DNA from: Candidatus Baldrarchaeum yapensis
GTDB taxonomy: Archaea > Asgardarchaeota > Baldrarchaeia > Baldrarchaeales > Baldrarchaeaceae
Reading direction: 5' to 3'
DNA length: 64,000 nt
NCBI GenBank assembly: GCA_016840465.1
Contig: JAEOSH010000002.1
Coordinates: 36,782-100,781, forward strand
Shown here: in pieces, positions 20,366 to 29,629 of the stretch
Layout: each line of letters starts with the position of its first letter
Numbering within the stretch: position 1 is the first letter of the stretch
Program-made: the position numbers and the translations under genes
Notes under the pieces: model-generated
What the model was told of the DNA's origin: nothing
The model's input: the letters and a program-made list of their open reading frames with translations, nothing else
Database searches by the model: none

Positions 20366-20992
20366 TTACGTTTGCACAGGCTTTTGAGGTATTATTTTCG
20401 TCTCAAATTCCTCTACTGGGATTGGAAGATCTCCATCGGGTGGTATTGCTCCACGTTCGCGTAGGATTTGTCTCGCAAGTAACCAATAGATGAGAGACAA
20501 CGCTTTTCTTCCCTTATTATTCGTGGGAATCACAAGATCTATGTATGCAGTATTCGCATCCGTGTCGCAGAGGGCAACTATTGGGATTCTGGCATCAACG
20601 GCTTCTTGAACTGCTTGCCTATCTGCTCTCGGATCCGTAATTATTATCACGTCTGCCTCAACGTAATATTTGGAAGACGGGTTTGTTAAAGTCCCCGGAA
20701 TAAACCTTCCGGGGATGGCTATTGCCCCGACAACTTCAGCGAACTTTTTAACCGGTCTTTGTCCATACTGCCTTGCAGACACTGCAAGAATCTTTGATGG
20801 CTCAAATCTTGATAGGAATTTCGCTGCAATACGGATTCTTTCATCGGTTTTTCTGACATCAAGCACATACAGACCGTCTGGACGTGTTCGATATATGTAC
20901 TGTGCCATATATCCGGTCTTTATTTTCGTCCCTATGTGGACTCCTGCTGCAAGATATTGATCCAAAGGAACTAACAGAGTATCGCTACTCAT
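20366..20992 (-). CDS. rps2: Ribosomal protein S2
   Basis: [29 protein letters not shown]. Confidence 0.9.
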   Translation of the reverse strand: MSSDTLLVPLDQYLAAGVHIGTKIKTGYMAQYIYRTRPDGLYVLDVRKTDERIRIAAKFLSRFEPSKILAVSARQYGQRPVKKFAEVVGAIAIPGRFIPGTLTNPSSKYYVEADVIIITDPRADRQAVQEAVDARIPIVALCDTDANTAYIDLVIPTNNKGRKALSLIYWLLARQILRERGAIPPDGDLPIPVEEFETKIIPQKPVQT

Positions 20993-21215
20993 ATTCCATC
21001 TCCTCTTCAGCTTCTTCCTCCCTGGCAGGCGGGAAACTGAACTTCAATACTTCATCTATCAACTCCACATGGCTCAATAACATTCTTCTACAACAATATC
21101 TTTTTAATCCTAAATCATCAAGGACTTTTTTCGGGTCTTCACCACTTTCAACTCTTTTCTTGAACTCTTCCCATTTATCAGCAATAACCTTACCACATGT
21201 AAAGCTTCCCGCCAC
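20985..21215 (-). CDS. rpoN: DNA-directed RNA polymerase subunit N (Rpo10) with acidic C-terminal tail
   Basis: [14 protein letters not shown]...[19 protein letters not shown]; tail [11 protein letters not shown]. Confidence 0.8.
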   Translation of the reverse strand: MAGSFTCGKVIADKWEEFKKRVESGEDPKKVLDDLGLKRYCCRRMLLSHVELIDEVLKFSFPPAREEEAEEEMEYE

Positions 21216-21308
21216 CGACGGAAATTCGTCGGTGGTATCGGACCGGGATTATCATATCAGAGTCACCCTAACACCGTCGATGCATCTGATTCACCTCGAT
21301 ATTCAGCA

Positions 21309-22019
21309 TTGATGTTTTCAAAATTCCCTCTTTTAATCTTCCTTTTGAGTTCATGCATCTGGAATACTGATATCAGGTTCGGGAAATTAAATGAGCATGG
21401 TGGTGAGTTAATGCAAAGGGATTTGAGAGCCATAGTTGCACGTGAGGCCGCGCGATTGCTATACTTTGGCGTTGTAGAAGAATATTATGCTGCAAAAAGG
21501 TTAGCTGCAGAAAATTTGGGAGTTAACGTTCTTCCAAGTAATAGAGAAATTGCACTTGCGTTGGACGAGTTTGCAGATTTGATAGAGGGAGAGGATAGAG
21601 CCAAGAGACTTGTCAAAATGCGAGAAGACGCCCTAGAATTGATGTTAATCCTGAAGGATTATCGTCCAAGGCTGATAGGGAGTGTTTGGAGGGGGACCAT
21701 TACCAGAAATAGTGACATTGATATTGAGGTTTTTTCGGAGAATGTGGATGACGTTGTAGAGACGCTGATCAAGAATGGCATAAAGGAAATAAGAGTGGAG
21801 GAGGTCAAGAAGCACACAGATGATCTGAAGAGAGTATTTATTCATATAAAAACAAAATCTAGAAGGGGATTTGAAGTGGATATAGCCGTTAGGGATTCGA
21901 ATGACCACGATAAATATGAAATTTGCGAAATATTTGGAGATCTTAAGAAAGGACTTTCTATAAAGGAGCTTAAAAGGGTTTTAAGGGAAAATCCTGTGCA
22001 GAAATTCGTCCCTATATGA
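21309..22019 (+). CDS. Pol-beta-superfamily nucleotidyltransferase of unknown specificity
   Basis: GSVWRGTITRNSDIDIEVF (GS...DxD NTase motif). The N-terminal 34 aa of the ORF look spurious; likely start is the Met near 21411. Confidence 0.5.
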   Translation: MMFSKFPLLIFLLSSCIWNTDIRFGKLNEHGGELMQRDLRAIVAREAARLLYFGVVEEYYAAKRLAAENLGVNVLPSNREIALALDEFADLIEGEDRAKRLVKMREDALELMLILKDYRPRLIGSVWRGTITRNSDIDIEVFSENVDDVVETLIKNGIKEIRVEEVKKHTDDLKRVFIHIKTKSRRGFEVDIAVRDSNDHDKYEICEIFGDLKKGLSIKELKRVLRENPVQKFVPI

Positions 22020-22028
22020 GGGATTGAT

Positions 22029-23273
22029 ATGTTGGCGGTTGTACTCGCGGCGGGAGAAGGACAGCGCTTACGCCCACTCACCTTCTCGAGACCAAAGCAC
22101 ATGCTACCAGTGGCAGGAAAACCGCTATTGGAGCACATCATTAGATTTCTTGTTTCTGCAGGACTGAAACGAATAATTTTAGTTGTTAGCTATATGAAGG
22201 AAAAAATTCAAAACTTTTTTGGCGACGGAAGACGTTTTAATGCCAAAATAATGTACGCTTTCCAGGAGAAACCATTGGGAACCGCTCATGCTCTACTTAC
22301 CGCCGCCGAATACGTAGATTCTGACAAATTCCTCTTAATTTATGGAGATGTACTTACAAAAAATGACAACATCATAAATCTATTAAGATTTTACGAAAAA
22401 AGTTGTGCAGATGCTGTGATTTCGACATATTATGTTCAGGACATCTCAAAATATGGGCTTTTGGAAATAAAAAATGGAAATGTAACAAATATTATCGAGA
22501 AACCAGAAAATAAGAGTTCCGGCTACATAAATGCTGGAATATACGTATTTAACTCTGCAATTTTGGATACTATAGAGAAAGTAAAACTTTCTGTTCGTGG
22601 CGAATACGAACTCACAGACGCCATTCGGGAAATGATTACACGCGGTTATACGGTTAAAGCGTACGAGTTAAAAGATTGGTGGATTGATGTGGGGTATCCG
22701 TGGGATCTCCTGAGAGCAAACGAGTTACTGATGCGTGATCTCCAGACTGATATAAGAGGGATTGTAGAGGAATATGCTGTAATAAAGGGTCCTGTTGTGG
22801 TGGGGAGGGATGCCGTTATTAGGGCAGGAGCTTACATTGAGGGGCCTGTAATAATAGGAGAAGAGAGCGACATTGGGCCAAACTGTTACATACGCCCGTA
22901 TACGTATATAGGGAGGCGATGCCGAATAGGTAACGCGTGTGAGGTGAAAAACAGCATAATAATGGACGGAACACACATTGCTCATCTATCTTACGTGGGT
23001 GATAGCATAATTGGCGAGAATGTGAATTTCGGTGCCGGCACAATAGTAGCAAATCTTAGATTTGACGATAAACCTGTGAAGGTTACTATTAAAGGTGAGA
23101 AAATTAGTAGCGGAAGAAGGAAACTTGGTGCGATAATTGGAGACAACGTAAAAACTGGTATCGGGTGCACAATAATGCCCGGAGTTACTGTAGGTCCAAA
23201 CAGCATCCTTGGACCGAACGCCCTAATATTACATGATGTCCCACCGAATACTGTTGTTAAGGATAAGTGGTAA
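22029..23273 (+). CDS. Bifunctional sugar-1-phosphate nucleotidylyltransferase / left-handed beta-helix acyltransferase (GlmU-like)
   Basis: MLAVVLAAGEGQRLRPLT..KPLL N-terminal NTase signature; C-terminal hexapeptide repeats. Confidence 0.75.
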   Translation: MLAVVLAAGEGQRLRPLTFSRPKHMLPVAGKPLLEHIIRFLVSAGLKRIILVVSYMKEKIQNFFGDGRRFNAKIMYAFQEKPLGTAHALLTAAEYVDSDKFLLIYGDVLTKNDNIINLLRFYEKSCADAVISTYYVQDISKYGLLEIKNGNVTNIIEKPENKSSGYINAGIYVFNSAILDTIEKVKLSVRGEYELTDAIREMITRGYTVKAYELKDWWIDVGYPWDLLRANELLMRDLQTDIRGIVEEYAVIKGPVVVGRDAVIRAGAYIEGPVIIGEESDIGPNCYIRPYTYIGRRCRIGNACEVKNSIIMDGTHIAHLSYVGDSIIGENVNFGAGTIVANLRFDDKPVKVTIKGEKISSGRRKLGAIIGDNVKTGIGCTIMPGVTVGPNSILGPNALILHDVPPNTVVKDKW

Positions 23274-23342
23274 CTTTTCGAAAAACTTTACACATGAATG
23301 AGGGTTTGATATTCATAGAGAGTTGTCGTTGGGATGTGAAGA

Positions 23343-23861
23343 ATGTCCGGTCGCGATGAGAATTATGAGAGGAAAATTCGACGAGAAATAGACAAGATGC
23401 TTGCGAAGTTTGCGGGGAGGATGTTATCCAGAGCATATGATGCGATCTACCATAAATTGCTTAAAGCGATGCAGGATGGAGTGATAAAGGTTGATGAGTA
23501 TGGTATAGAAATGGATCCAGAGACTTTTAGAAAGATTTTCCCCGCACTTGCAGAAGAGGTGTTCTCGGGAGTTGCTAAGTGTTCCATTTCTGGTGTTAGA
23601 AGTGAAGGAACGAGTTATGTCGATGAACTTAGAAATCCGGATGTGATAAGCTTTATAAGAAGGGCAAAGAGCGTAGATGAGGCCCTTGAAGTTATAGATT
23701 TTCTTGAAAAGCGTGGTGAAATTTCAAAAGAGTATGCTGATCGTTTACGGAAGCAGTTACGCGAAAAGGGATTAGAAAGTTTCGGTCCTCGAAAAGAACC
23801 TGGTTATTACATAAAGAGATATTACAAACCACGTTTTTACGATTTTGAGGAGGAAGATTAA
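23343..23861 (+). CDS. Hypothetical protein (172 aa, charged, acidic C-terminus)
   Basis: ORF only; no recognised motif. Lies 8 nt upstream of, and co-oriented with, the large membrane protein. Confidence 0.35.
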   Translation: MSGRDENYERKIRREIDKMLAKFAGRMLSRAYDAIYHKLLKAMQDGVIKVDEYGIEMDPETFRKIFPALAEEVFSGVAKCSISGVRSEGTSYVDELRNPDVISFIRRAKSVDEALEVIDFLEKRGEISKEYADRLRKQLREKGLESFGPRKEPGYYIKRYYKPRFYDFEEED

Positions 23862-23868
23862 AAGATAG

Positions 23869-26031
23869 TTGCTGGTGAGATGCATGAAGGAGATTCTCAT
23901 TTCATTGCTAATATCTTTGTTACCACTATTTGTAGCGCTCACTTTAATGATATGTTTAAAGAAGGCTAAGAGGTCAGAACTTTTAGTGCGCATATGCGCA
24001 GCATTTGTTATTTTTTGGACAATTTACTGTGTTTTTTCGGCAATGTTCTTTATGTTAATGGGAAGAGAGCCCGAAGTACTAATTACTAGGACAACATTCG
24101 ATTGGAATGCCGTGTTGTTGATGTTATCATTGCTGTTAGCCGAGGCTACACATGCCTTCATTGTTGCGGTCGTGTATTATCCGCTCTTCCTTTATCCGTT
24201 AATTTACGTTTTAGCGCCGATAATTTCCGTCTTAATACTGTGTATTAATGTGGGCACATCACGATTGAAAGAAGTAGATACGTGGATCGACATAAAGTCT
24301 TATGAGAGGATGAATTGGAAGGAAGAAGTGGAATTTCTGAAATTGTCAATTGTAAGCCTTCCAGTATCATTGTACTTCCTAGTAACGATACTGAGACTAT
24401 TCGGATATGAAGAGAACCCAATGGCCGTGGGAACTACGGCTCTTGGCTGGATAATTGAAGTGTTCGTAGTAACGCTACTGGCGTTTATTCTCGGAGCGCA
24501 TATTTTGTATGCGGCAAGAGTCTATCATCAAGGAGTCTTCTTAGGGGAGGTTTTGAAGGGTAGAATCTTTCGAGGCTTCCTTGTGGTCGGGCTAATAATG
24601 TCCATAATGAGCATCTTGACGTTTTTGCAGGCACACCCGATCGCCATTTACACGATACTCTACTTTTCCGCATACTACATTATGGTTGTAGGAATATTTC
24701 TTCTCTTTTTTAGATTCTTTGAACCGATCTCGGTCTACATATTTGTGAAATTGATTGCTTTCCTGAAGTCACCACGAGAGCTTAGAATTTCCCCCATCTC
24801 TATTGTGATAAGCGTAATGTGTGCTGTAGTTGCTGTTAGCGTGACATTGCTTTTCATGCGAACATTCCTTATCACTGTTCAACAACCGTTGACATACAGA
24901 ATATCAGAAGACATTTCTAAATGCTTGATACGGCAGGTTGCAACGTATAACTCCATATTGAATGTTTGTGCAGTACTAACAATGTCTGCTGTGCAAACTC
25001 TCCTAGCTATAGTAGTACTCTCAGCTACCGCGTTTGTCACGAAGAAGGCCCTCCTGGGACGCGGAATAATCGTTCCGGCAATCTTTACTGGAATCGCCAA
25101 GGTTTTCACGGATATCATTCTTGTCAAGATAGAAAGATCCCTATTCTGGGAAGTGTTTGTATTCTCTGCATTCAAGATCTCTAATGTGATGATCTTTTTG
25201 CCACGTTCTGCATTCCTGAAGATGGATCCTATACTGGAGACATCATTCATTGCATTATTTTATCCGTACGAGATACTAAAAACAATTTCGACTATATTGG
25301 TGCTGATAATAGCGTTTTATCTGTTCTTTGGAGGCATTCATACGTTTAGAGTCAAACAAGCGCGTGCAAATCTGTTATTCGTATGTGAAAGAGATGGTTT
25401 GCTTGATCGCGATACATTATTTAAACCAGTGGATGAACTGCCCATACTGATCGATTCTGTAGAATTAAATGATAACGAGAGGAGAATTCTTGACCTTTTG
25501 AGTCAGTACAAAGCGATGAAGTTCGCATCGCTTTTGGAATTGTCAAATATGAACCGAAAAGAATTAATTTCCGTGTTGAAAAGTTTGAAGCGCAAGAAGT
25601 TAATAGAGATGTATGCATGCGATTTGGAAGTGGAAGTTCCGGTACCCTCAATTCTCGGGCTTTATGTCGTTAGTAATGAGGGTCTACCCATATATTCTGA
25701 AGAATTTGCAGAAAAAGCTATAGATCCGACTTTGATTTCTGGAATGTTCTCCGCAATTTCTAGCTTTTTAAAGGAAACTGTAAGAAGTGCAGAACGGCTA
25801 AGAAAAATAGATCACGGGGATATAATTATAGTGCTCGAGTATGGATCTAAGTTTTTCGTCGCATTAATAGTCGACCGAGAGACGCCAGAAATCCGTATGC
25901 GCCTGAAGAACTTTGTTACGATGTTTGAAGTGAAATACGGCCGATTCATTAAAGAGGGGTACGTTGATCTTGGAAGGTTCGCGGACGCAAAAGATCTCGT
26001 GAGGGAGGTTTTTGGCGAATTCCTACAATAA
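23869..26031 (+). CDS. Polytopic membrane protein (about 13-14 predicted TM helices) with cytoplasmic C-terminal wHTH + Roadblock/LC7-like domain
   Basis: First about 480 aa are strongly hydrophobic. C-terminus NDNERRILDLLSQYKAMKFASLLELSNMNRKELISVLKSLKRKKLI looks wHTH. Following GLPIYSEEF...ISGMFSAISSFLKE...IIIVLEYGSKFFVALIVDRE...RMRLKNFV matches the Roadblock/LC7 beta-alpha-beta-beta-alpha pattern. Confidence 0.5.
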   Translation: MLVRCMKEILISLLISLLPLFVALTLMICLKKAKRSELLVRICAAFVIFWTIYCVFSAMFFMLMGREPEVLITRTTFDWNAVLLMLSLLLAEATHAFIVAVVYYPLFLYPLIYVLAPIISVLILCINVGTSRLKEVDTWIDIKSYERMNWKEEVEFLKLSIVSLPVSLYFLVTILRLFGYEENPMAVGTTALGWIIEVFVVTLLAFILGAHILYAARVYHQGVFLGEVLKGRIFRGFLVVGLIMSIMSILTFLQAHPIAIYTILYFSAYYIMVVGIFLLFFRFFEPISVYIFVKLIAFLKSPRELRISPISIVISVMCAVVAVSVTLLFMRTFLITVQQPLTYRISEDISKCLIRQVATYNSILNVCAVLTMSAVQTLLAIVVLSATAFVTKKALLGRGIIVPAIFTGIAKVFTDIILVKIERSLFWEVFVFSAFKISNVMIFLPRSAFLKMDPILETSFIALFYPYEILKTISTILVLIIAFYLFFGGIHTFRVKQARANLLFVCERDGLLDRDTLFKPVDELPILIDSVELNDNERRILDLLSQYKAMKFASLLELSNMNRKELISVLKSLKRKKLIEMYACDLEVEVPVPSILGLYVVSNEGLPIYSEEFAEKAIDPTLISGMFSAISSFLKETVRSAERLRKIDHGDIIIVLEYGSKFFVALIVDRETPEIRMRLKNFVTMFEVKYGRFIKEGYVDLGRFADAKDLVREVFGEFLQ

Positions 26032-26040
26032 TCAAATTGG

Positions 26041-27003
26041 GTGCTAAAAGTGAGCGAGATAAGGCCTATAAAGATAAGTAAGGGTTTAAAAGTCAGTGAT
26101 TTGATCCACGAATATGGAAAAGCCGGGGTTTTCGGGGCAGGTAGGGTCTCACGAGCCGTAGAAATCTTAAGCGAGATGTTTTCTGATGACAAAGCTACTG
26201 TCTATTTAGGCTTCTCGGGTGCGCTCTGTGCAGCTGGTATGCGACAAATATTTGCAGAAATGATAAAAGAGGGGCTTTTGGACGTAATTGTAACTACTGG
26301 TGCTAATGTTACTCATGATATAATAGAGGCGCTTGGAGGCAGACATATAAGGAACATTAAGTACTTAGATGATGAGGATCTCCGTAGAAGGCAATTAAAT
26401 AGAATATTTGATGCATTTATAAGCGATGAGGCTTTTATTACCTTTGAAAAGAAAATCCAGATGATACTTTCTGATATAGAGGAAAAAAAGCGTAAAAATG
26501 GAATTGCTCCCTTCGAACTCATCTGGGAAATTGGCTACAGAATAAACGATCCGAATTCCATGGTGCGGCAGGCGGCTCTGAATAATGTTCCGATATTTTG
26601 CCCAGCGATAGTAGACTCAATACTAGGTCTGCAGATCTATCTCTTTTCTCAGGAAAATACCATCAAGATAGATCCCTTGAAGGACTTAAGGAAGATAATA
26701 GATATAACATTCGAATCTGACCGTAAGGGTGCAATTATTTTGGGAGGTGGTGTCCCCAAAAACTTCATATTTCAGGCAGCGCTCATTACAGGGAAGGGTT
26801 TTGATTATGCAATTCAAATAACGATGGACAGGCCTGAGGCCGGGGGTCTTAGTGGAGCCTCGATTGCTGAGGCGATCTCTTGGGGTAAAGTTAAAAGTGA
26901 TGCGCAGTGGGTTGATGTTATAGGTGATGTGACAATAATCTTTCCGTTGATCCTTTCGGCAGCATTGGATAACATGGGAAAGGGCAAAGGTTCTACTCGC
27001 TAA
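26041..27003 (+). CDS. dys: Deoxyhypusine synthase
   Basis: GFSGALCAAGMRQIFAEMIKEGLLDVIVTTGANVTHD...GGGVPKNF. Confidence 0.85.
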   Translation: MLKVSEIRPIKISKGLKVSDLIHEYGKAGVFGAGRVSRAVEILSEMFSDDKATVYLGFSGALCAAGMRQIFAEMIKEGLLDVIVTTGANVTHDIIEALGGRHIRNIKYLDDEDLRRRQLNRIFDAFISDEAFITFEKKIQMILSDIEEKKRKNGIAPFELIWEIGYRINDPNSMVRQAALNNVPIFCPAIVDSILGLQIYLFSQENTIKIDPLKDLRKIIDITFESDRKGAIILGGGVPKNFIFQAALITGKGFDYAIQITMDRPEAGGLSGASIAEAISWGKVKSDAQWVDVIGDVTIIFPLILSAALDNMGKGKGSTR

Positions 27004-28360
27004 AATAGTACCAGGGCTCATGCAATTTTATGGTCTCTTTTCTCTTCTTTTCCAGGCCATACCTTTGGTAAGGCTTTGTTAAATGTCTATGTGCACGAGG
27101 CGGTGGTATGTAGAGTCCATCTTTCAGATCTCGCTTTATTTCTTCTACTTCTTTTTCTGCATCGACCAATTTTAAGCCACACTTTTTACAGCGATAACCA
27201 CCTGATCTGCCCAATGACTTCATACGTTTTCCGCACTTTGGACATTTGGGGTTTCTAGAAATAAACTTTCTTGCCAACTTTACGATTTCAATTTTTTCAA
27301 GGTTTACGGTAAATTTCGAGCCATTCAGAGGTCTAACACCCCCATATGCTATGATTTCATCGCCCGGTTCGAGTTTTTGAATTATTTTGCGAAAATCTCC
27401 AGTGGGCTCATATGCTGCAGCATCTATGGCGCCCGTCTCATCCCTTAGTCTCACTATTACGTGCCCACCCTCAATTACCTCGGGTTTAGAATCAACTATA
27501 GCTTTGATTTTACAGGGCAGATACGGCCTTAGCTCGGATATTTTCCTATAAACTATAAGATGATCATCGGTTCCCTGGTTTGTCCGAAAAATCACCCAAC
27601 ATGCGATTGGCTCGCCCGTCTTGATGTACTTTAGCGCTTCGATTAATACCCTAGGATTCTCCCCCCTAATGCCAAAGAGCACCGGATCTGGGCCATGTGG
27701 TGTAATGAGAATTCTACCGGTTTCATAATCGACATTATTAAAAGTGAGCGGAAAGGTTTCCCTATCCATCAGCATGACTGATTGCGGATCCACTCTCCTA
27801 GGAGTTCCCCAATTCTCTCTTTTCCTATACGCAAGCAACTCGTACGTGTAATCGCCATCAAGAGTTTCGCCGACTGCTGCAAGAGCTCCTATAATTCCTC
27901 TGCGTTCCTTATAGCCTATTATCTCAACATTCAACATTTTTGCGATTCTCTCTGCCTCCTCGATTTCGACAATATCTCTTATTACCTTTTTTGCAAAACA
28001 CTTTAGCGGTGTAGGAATCTTTCCTCTTAAGAACGCTATACCGGGATTTGTCTTTTCATCCTCGATCATAAACCATTTTTCTACTTCCTGTATGACTGTA
28101 CGTTTTATTTCTTCGATAAGATTCTCGTTTACGAGAACTCTTATTGCTACCGCGCCGTTTCCCCTCGTCTTGTATGGTACATTTGGGTTTAACCTGATAA
28201 GGTTGGGATAGTCAATGAATTCAACTTCGAACTCCTTTACAAGTTTTCTGATAATTTGTGCTGCTATGTAAGTCGTACATCCACCCCTTACCGAGTCTGT
28301 ATCATCTATTCCTATGTGAAACTCTATTTTGGGGCCAAAATGCGAGATTTTGCTCACCAC
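26993..28360 (-). CDS. tiaS: tRNA(Ile2) 2-agmatinylcytidine synthetase
   Basis: N-terminal FHIGIDDTDSVRGGCTTY kinase-like signature; C-terminal zinc ribbon CPKCGKRMKS...YRCKKCG. Confidence 0.75.
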   Translation of the reverse strand: MVSKISHFGPKIEFHIGIDDTDSVRGGCTTYIAAQIIRKLVKEFEVEFIDYPNLIRLNPNVPYKTRGNGAVAIRVLVNENLIEEIKRTVIQEVEKWFMIEDEKTNPGIAFLRGKIPTPLKCFAKKVIRDIVEIEEAERIAKMLNVEIIGYKERRGIIGALAAVGETLDGDYTYELLAYRKRENWGTPRRVDPQSVMLMDRETFPLTFNNVDYETGRILITPHGPDPVLFGIRGENPRVLIEALKYIKTGEPIACWVIFRTNQGTDDHLIVYRKISELRPYLPCKIKAIVDSKPEVIEGGHVIVRLRDETGAIDAAAYEPTGDFRKIIQKLEPGDEIIAYGGVRPLNGSKFTVNLEKIEIVKLARKFISRNPKCPKCGKRMKSLGRSGGYRCKKCGLKLVDAEKEVEEIKRDLKDGLYIPPPRAHRHLTKPYQRYGLEKKRKETIKLHEPWYYFSE

Positions 28361-29217
28361 CTTGCCAGAGGCAACAAAAATGCTACCATTGCAAGAAGCA
28401 TCGCCAATAGTATTTTGTTTTTAACGTTTCTTGCATTAGCGGGCGATGGATCCTTTATCAGTTTCACTGATAAAAATACGAAGAAAGAATCGGCTACTAA
28501 AACCCCTATCAGATACGCTATTGTCAGCAAATTCATTAGATACGGTAAGGGGCTCAATAAAACCGCGGTTATATAGAATAAAGCTGCAATTTTTGCCGCT
28601 TTGTCCTCTCCAAGACTTATCGCTACTGTTTTTATTCCTTTGGCCTTATCTCCCTCAACATCCACGATTCCCTTATTTACTTCACGGCCCAGATTTGCAA
28701 AAAACGCTAAAAGAGCAAATATCATTAGAAGATGTGTTACTCCCACGCCCACTGCGATGCCACCATAGAGGAAAGGGGCAGCAACGCACGCGCTTACTAC
28801 TGCGTTCCCGAGCAAACCATACTTCTTCAGTTTGAAGTTATACATTATTGCGAGCGTCCAAAAGAGTAGAGCAAAGAGAAAACTGTACAATCCGAGCAAT
28901 GCTGAAAAGAGAAGCCCTAACGCTGATAAAATTGCGGAAAATATTAATGCCTCCTCGGGACTTATCGCCCCCCTTGGTATGGGTCTATGAGGCGCATTGA
29001 TAGCATCAATATGCCTGTCAAAATAATCGTTTGACGCATCTGCGGCACCTTGTATCAAAAAACCGGTCAGAAAGCCAAATATCGCGTGATATGAAGAAGG
29101 AGCACTTCCATGTAATGCAAACAATTCCCCTATTATCACCGCGATACCTATCATCACGCAATTAGGCACACGCATTAACTCGATAATGGCCTTTAACTTT
29201 TCCATACTCTCTCCCAC
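28354..29217 (-). CDS. UbiA-family prenyltransferase (probable digeranylgeranylglyceryl phosphate synthase)
   Basis: Membrane protein; ADASNDYFDRHIDAINAPHRPIPRG aspartate-rich motif. Confidence 0.7.
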   Translation of the reverse strand: MGESMEKLKAIIELMRVPNCVMIGIAVIIGELFALHGSAPSSYHAIFGFLTGFLIQGAADASNDYFDRHIDAINAPHRPIPRGAISPEEALIFSAILSALGLLFSALLGLYSFLFALLFWTLAIMYNFKLKKYGLLGNAVVSACVAAPFLYGGIAVGVGVTHLLMIFALLAFFANLGREVNKGIVDVEGDKAKGIKTVAISLGEDKAAKIAALFYITAVLLSPLPYLMNLLTIAYLIGVLVADSFFVFLSVKLIKDPSPANARNVKNKILLAMLLAMVAFLLPLARW

Positions 29218-29249
29218 TCTTTCTCAAGCCGTAGAAAAAACGATAATGA

Positions 29250-29324
29250 TGGGCCCGGCGGGATTTGAACCCGCGACCCCCGGCTTATCAGGCCGGTGCT
29301 CTAACCATGCTGAGCTACGGGCCC
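29250..29324 (-). tRNA. tRNA-Ile (anticodon GAU)
   Basis: rc = GGGCCCGTAGCTCAGCATGGTTAGAGCACCGGCCTGATAAGCCGGGGGTCGCGGGTTCAAATCCCGCCGGGCCCA; anticodon loop CUGAUAA; no encoded CCA. Confidence 0.85.
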
Positions 29325-29348
29325 TGAGGTTGCACGTGCCTACACATC

Positions 29349-29359
29349 CATATATTTTA
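29349..29359 (-). promoter_or_regulatory. TATA-like element about 30 nt upstream of tRNA-Ile
   Basis: Sense AAAATATATGG. Confidence 0.35.
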
Positions 29360-29360
29360 G

Positions 29361-29435
29361 TGGTGGACCCGCCGGGATTCGAACCCGGGGCCTCCGCCTT
29401 GCGAGGGCGGCGCTCTACCACTGAGCTACGGGCCC
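29361..29435 (-). tRNA. tRNA-Ala (anticodon CGC)
   Basis: rc = GGGCCCGTAGCTCAGTGGTAGAGCGCCGCCCTCGCAAGGCGGAGGCCCCGGGTTCGAATCCCGGCGGGTCCACCA; G3:U70 identity pair; CCA encoded. Confidence 0.85.
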
Positions 29436-29458
29436 CATCATTACTCTTTTTACCTTTA

Positions 29459-29470
29459 ACCTTTAAATTT
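29459..29470 (-). promoter_or_regulatory. TATA-like element about 30 nt upstream of tRNA-Ala
   Basis: Sense AAAATTTAAAGG. Confidence 0.4.
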
Positions 29471-29629
29471 TCCTACGTGTTTACATGTTGCTTTCCGGGA
29501 TAAAAAGAGTTAGTTAGCATGTAAAGTTGATCTTAGACGAGGACTAAGACTATTCTGGGAGGGGTGATTTTGCCTAAGAGAGGATGTGCGATCAGTCTAA
29601 AGGTTATGGTTTTAGGGGAGGTAATCTGG

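Noticed and set aside
29224-29421. 65-aa minus-strand ORF in the track
   Set aside because: Lies entirely over the tRNA-Ile and tRNA-Ala genes; spurious.
29436-29629. 193-nt spacer between tRNA-Ala and valS as ncRNA
   Set aside because: Contains a tRNA promoter TATA box and a short hairpin; no recognisable sRNA boxes.
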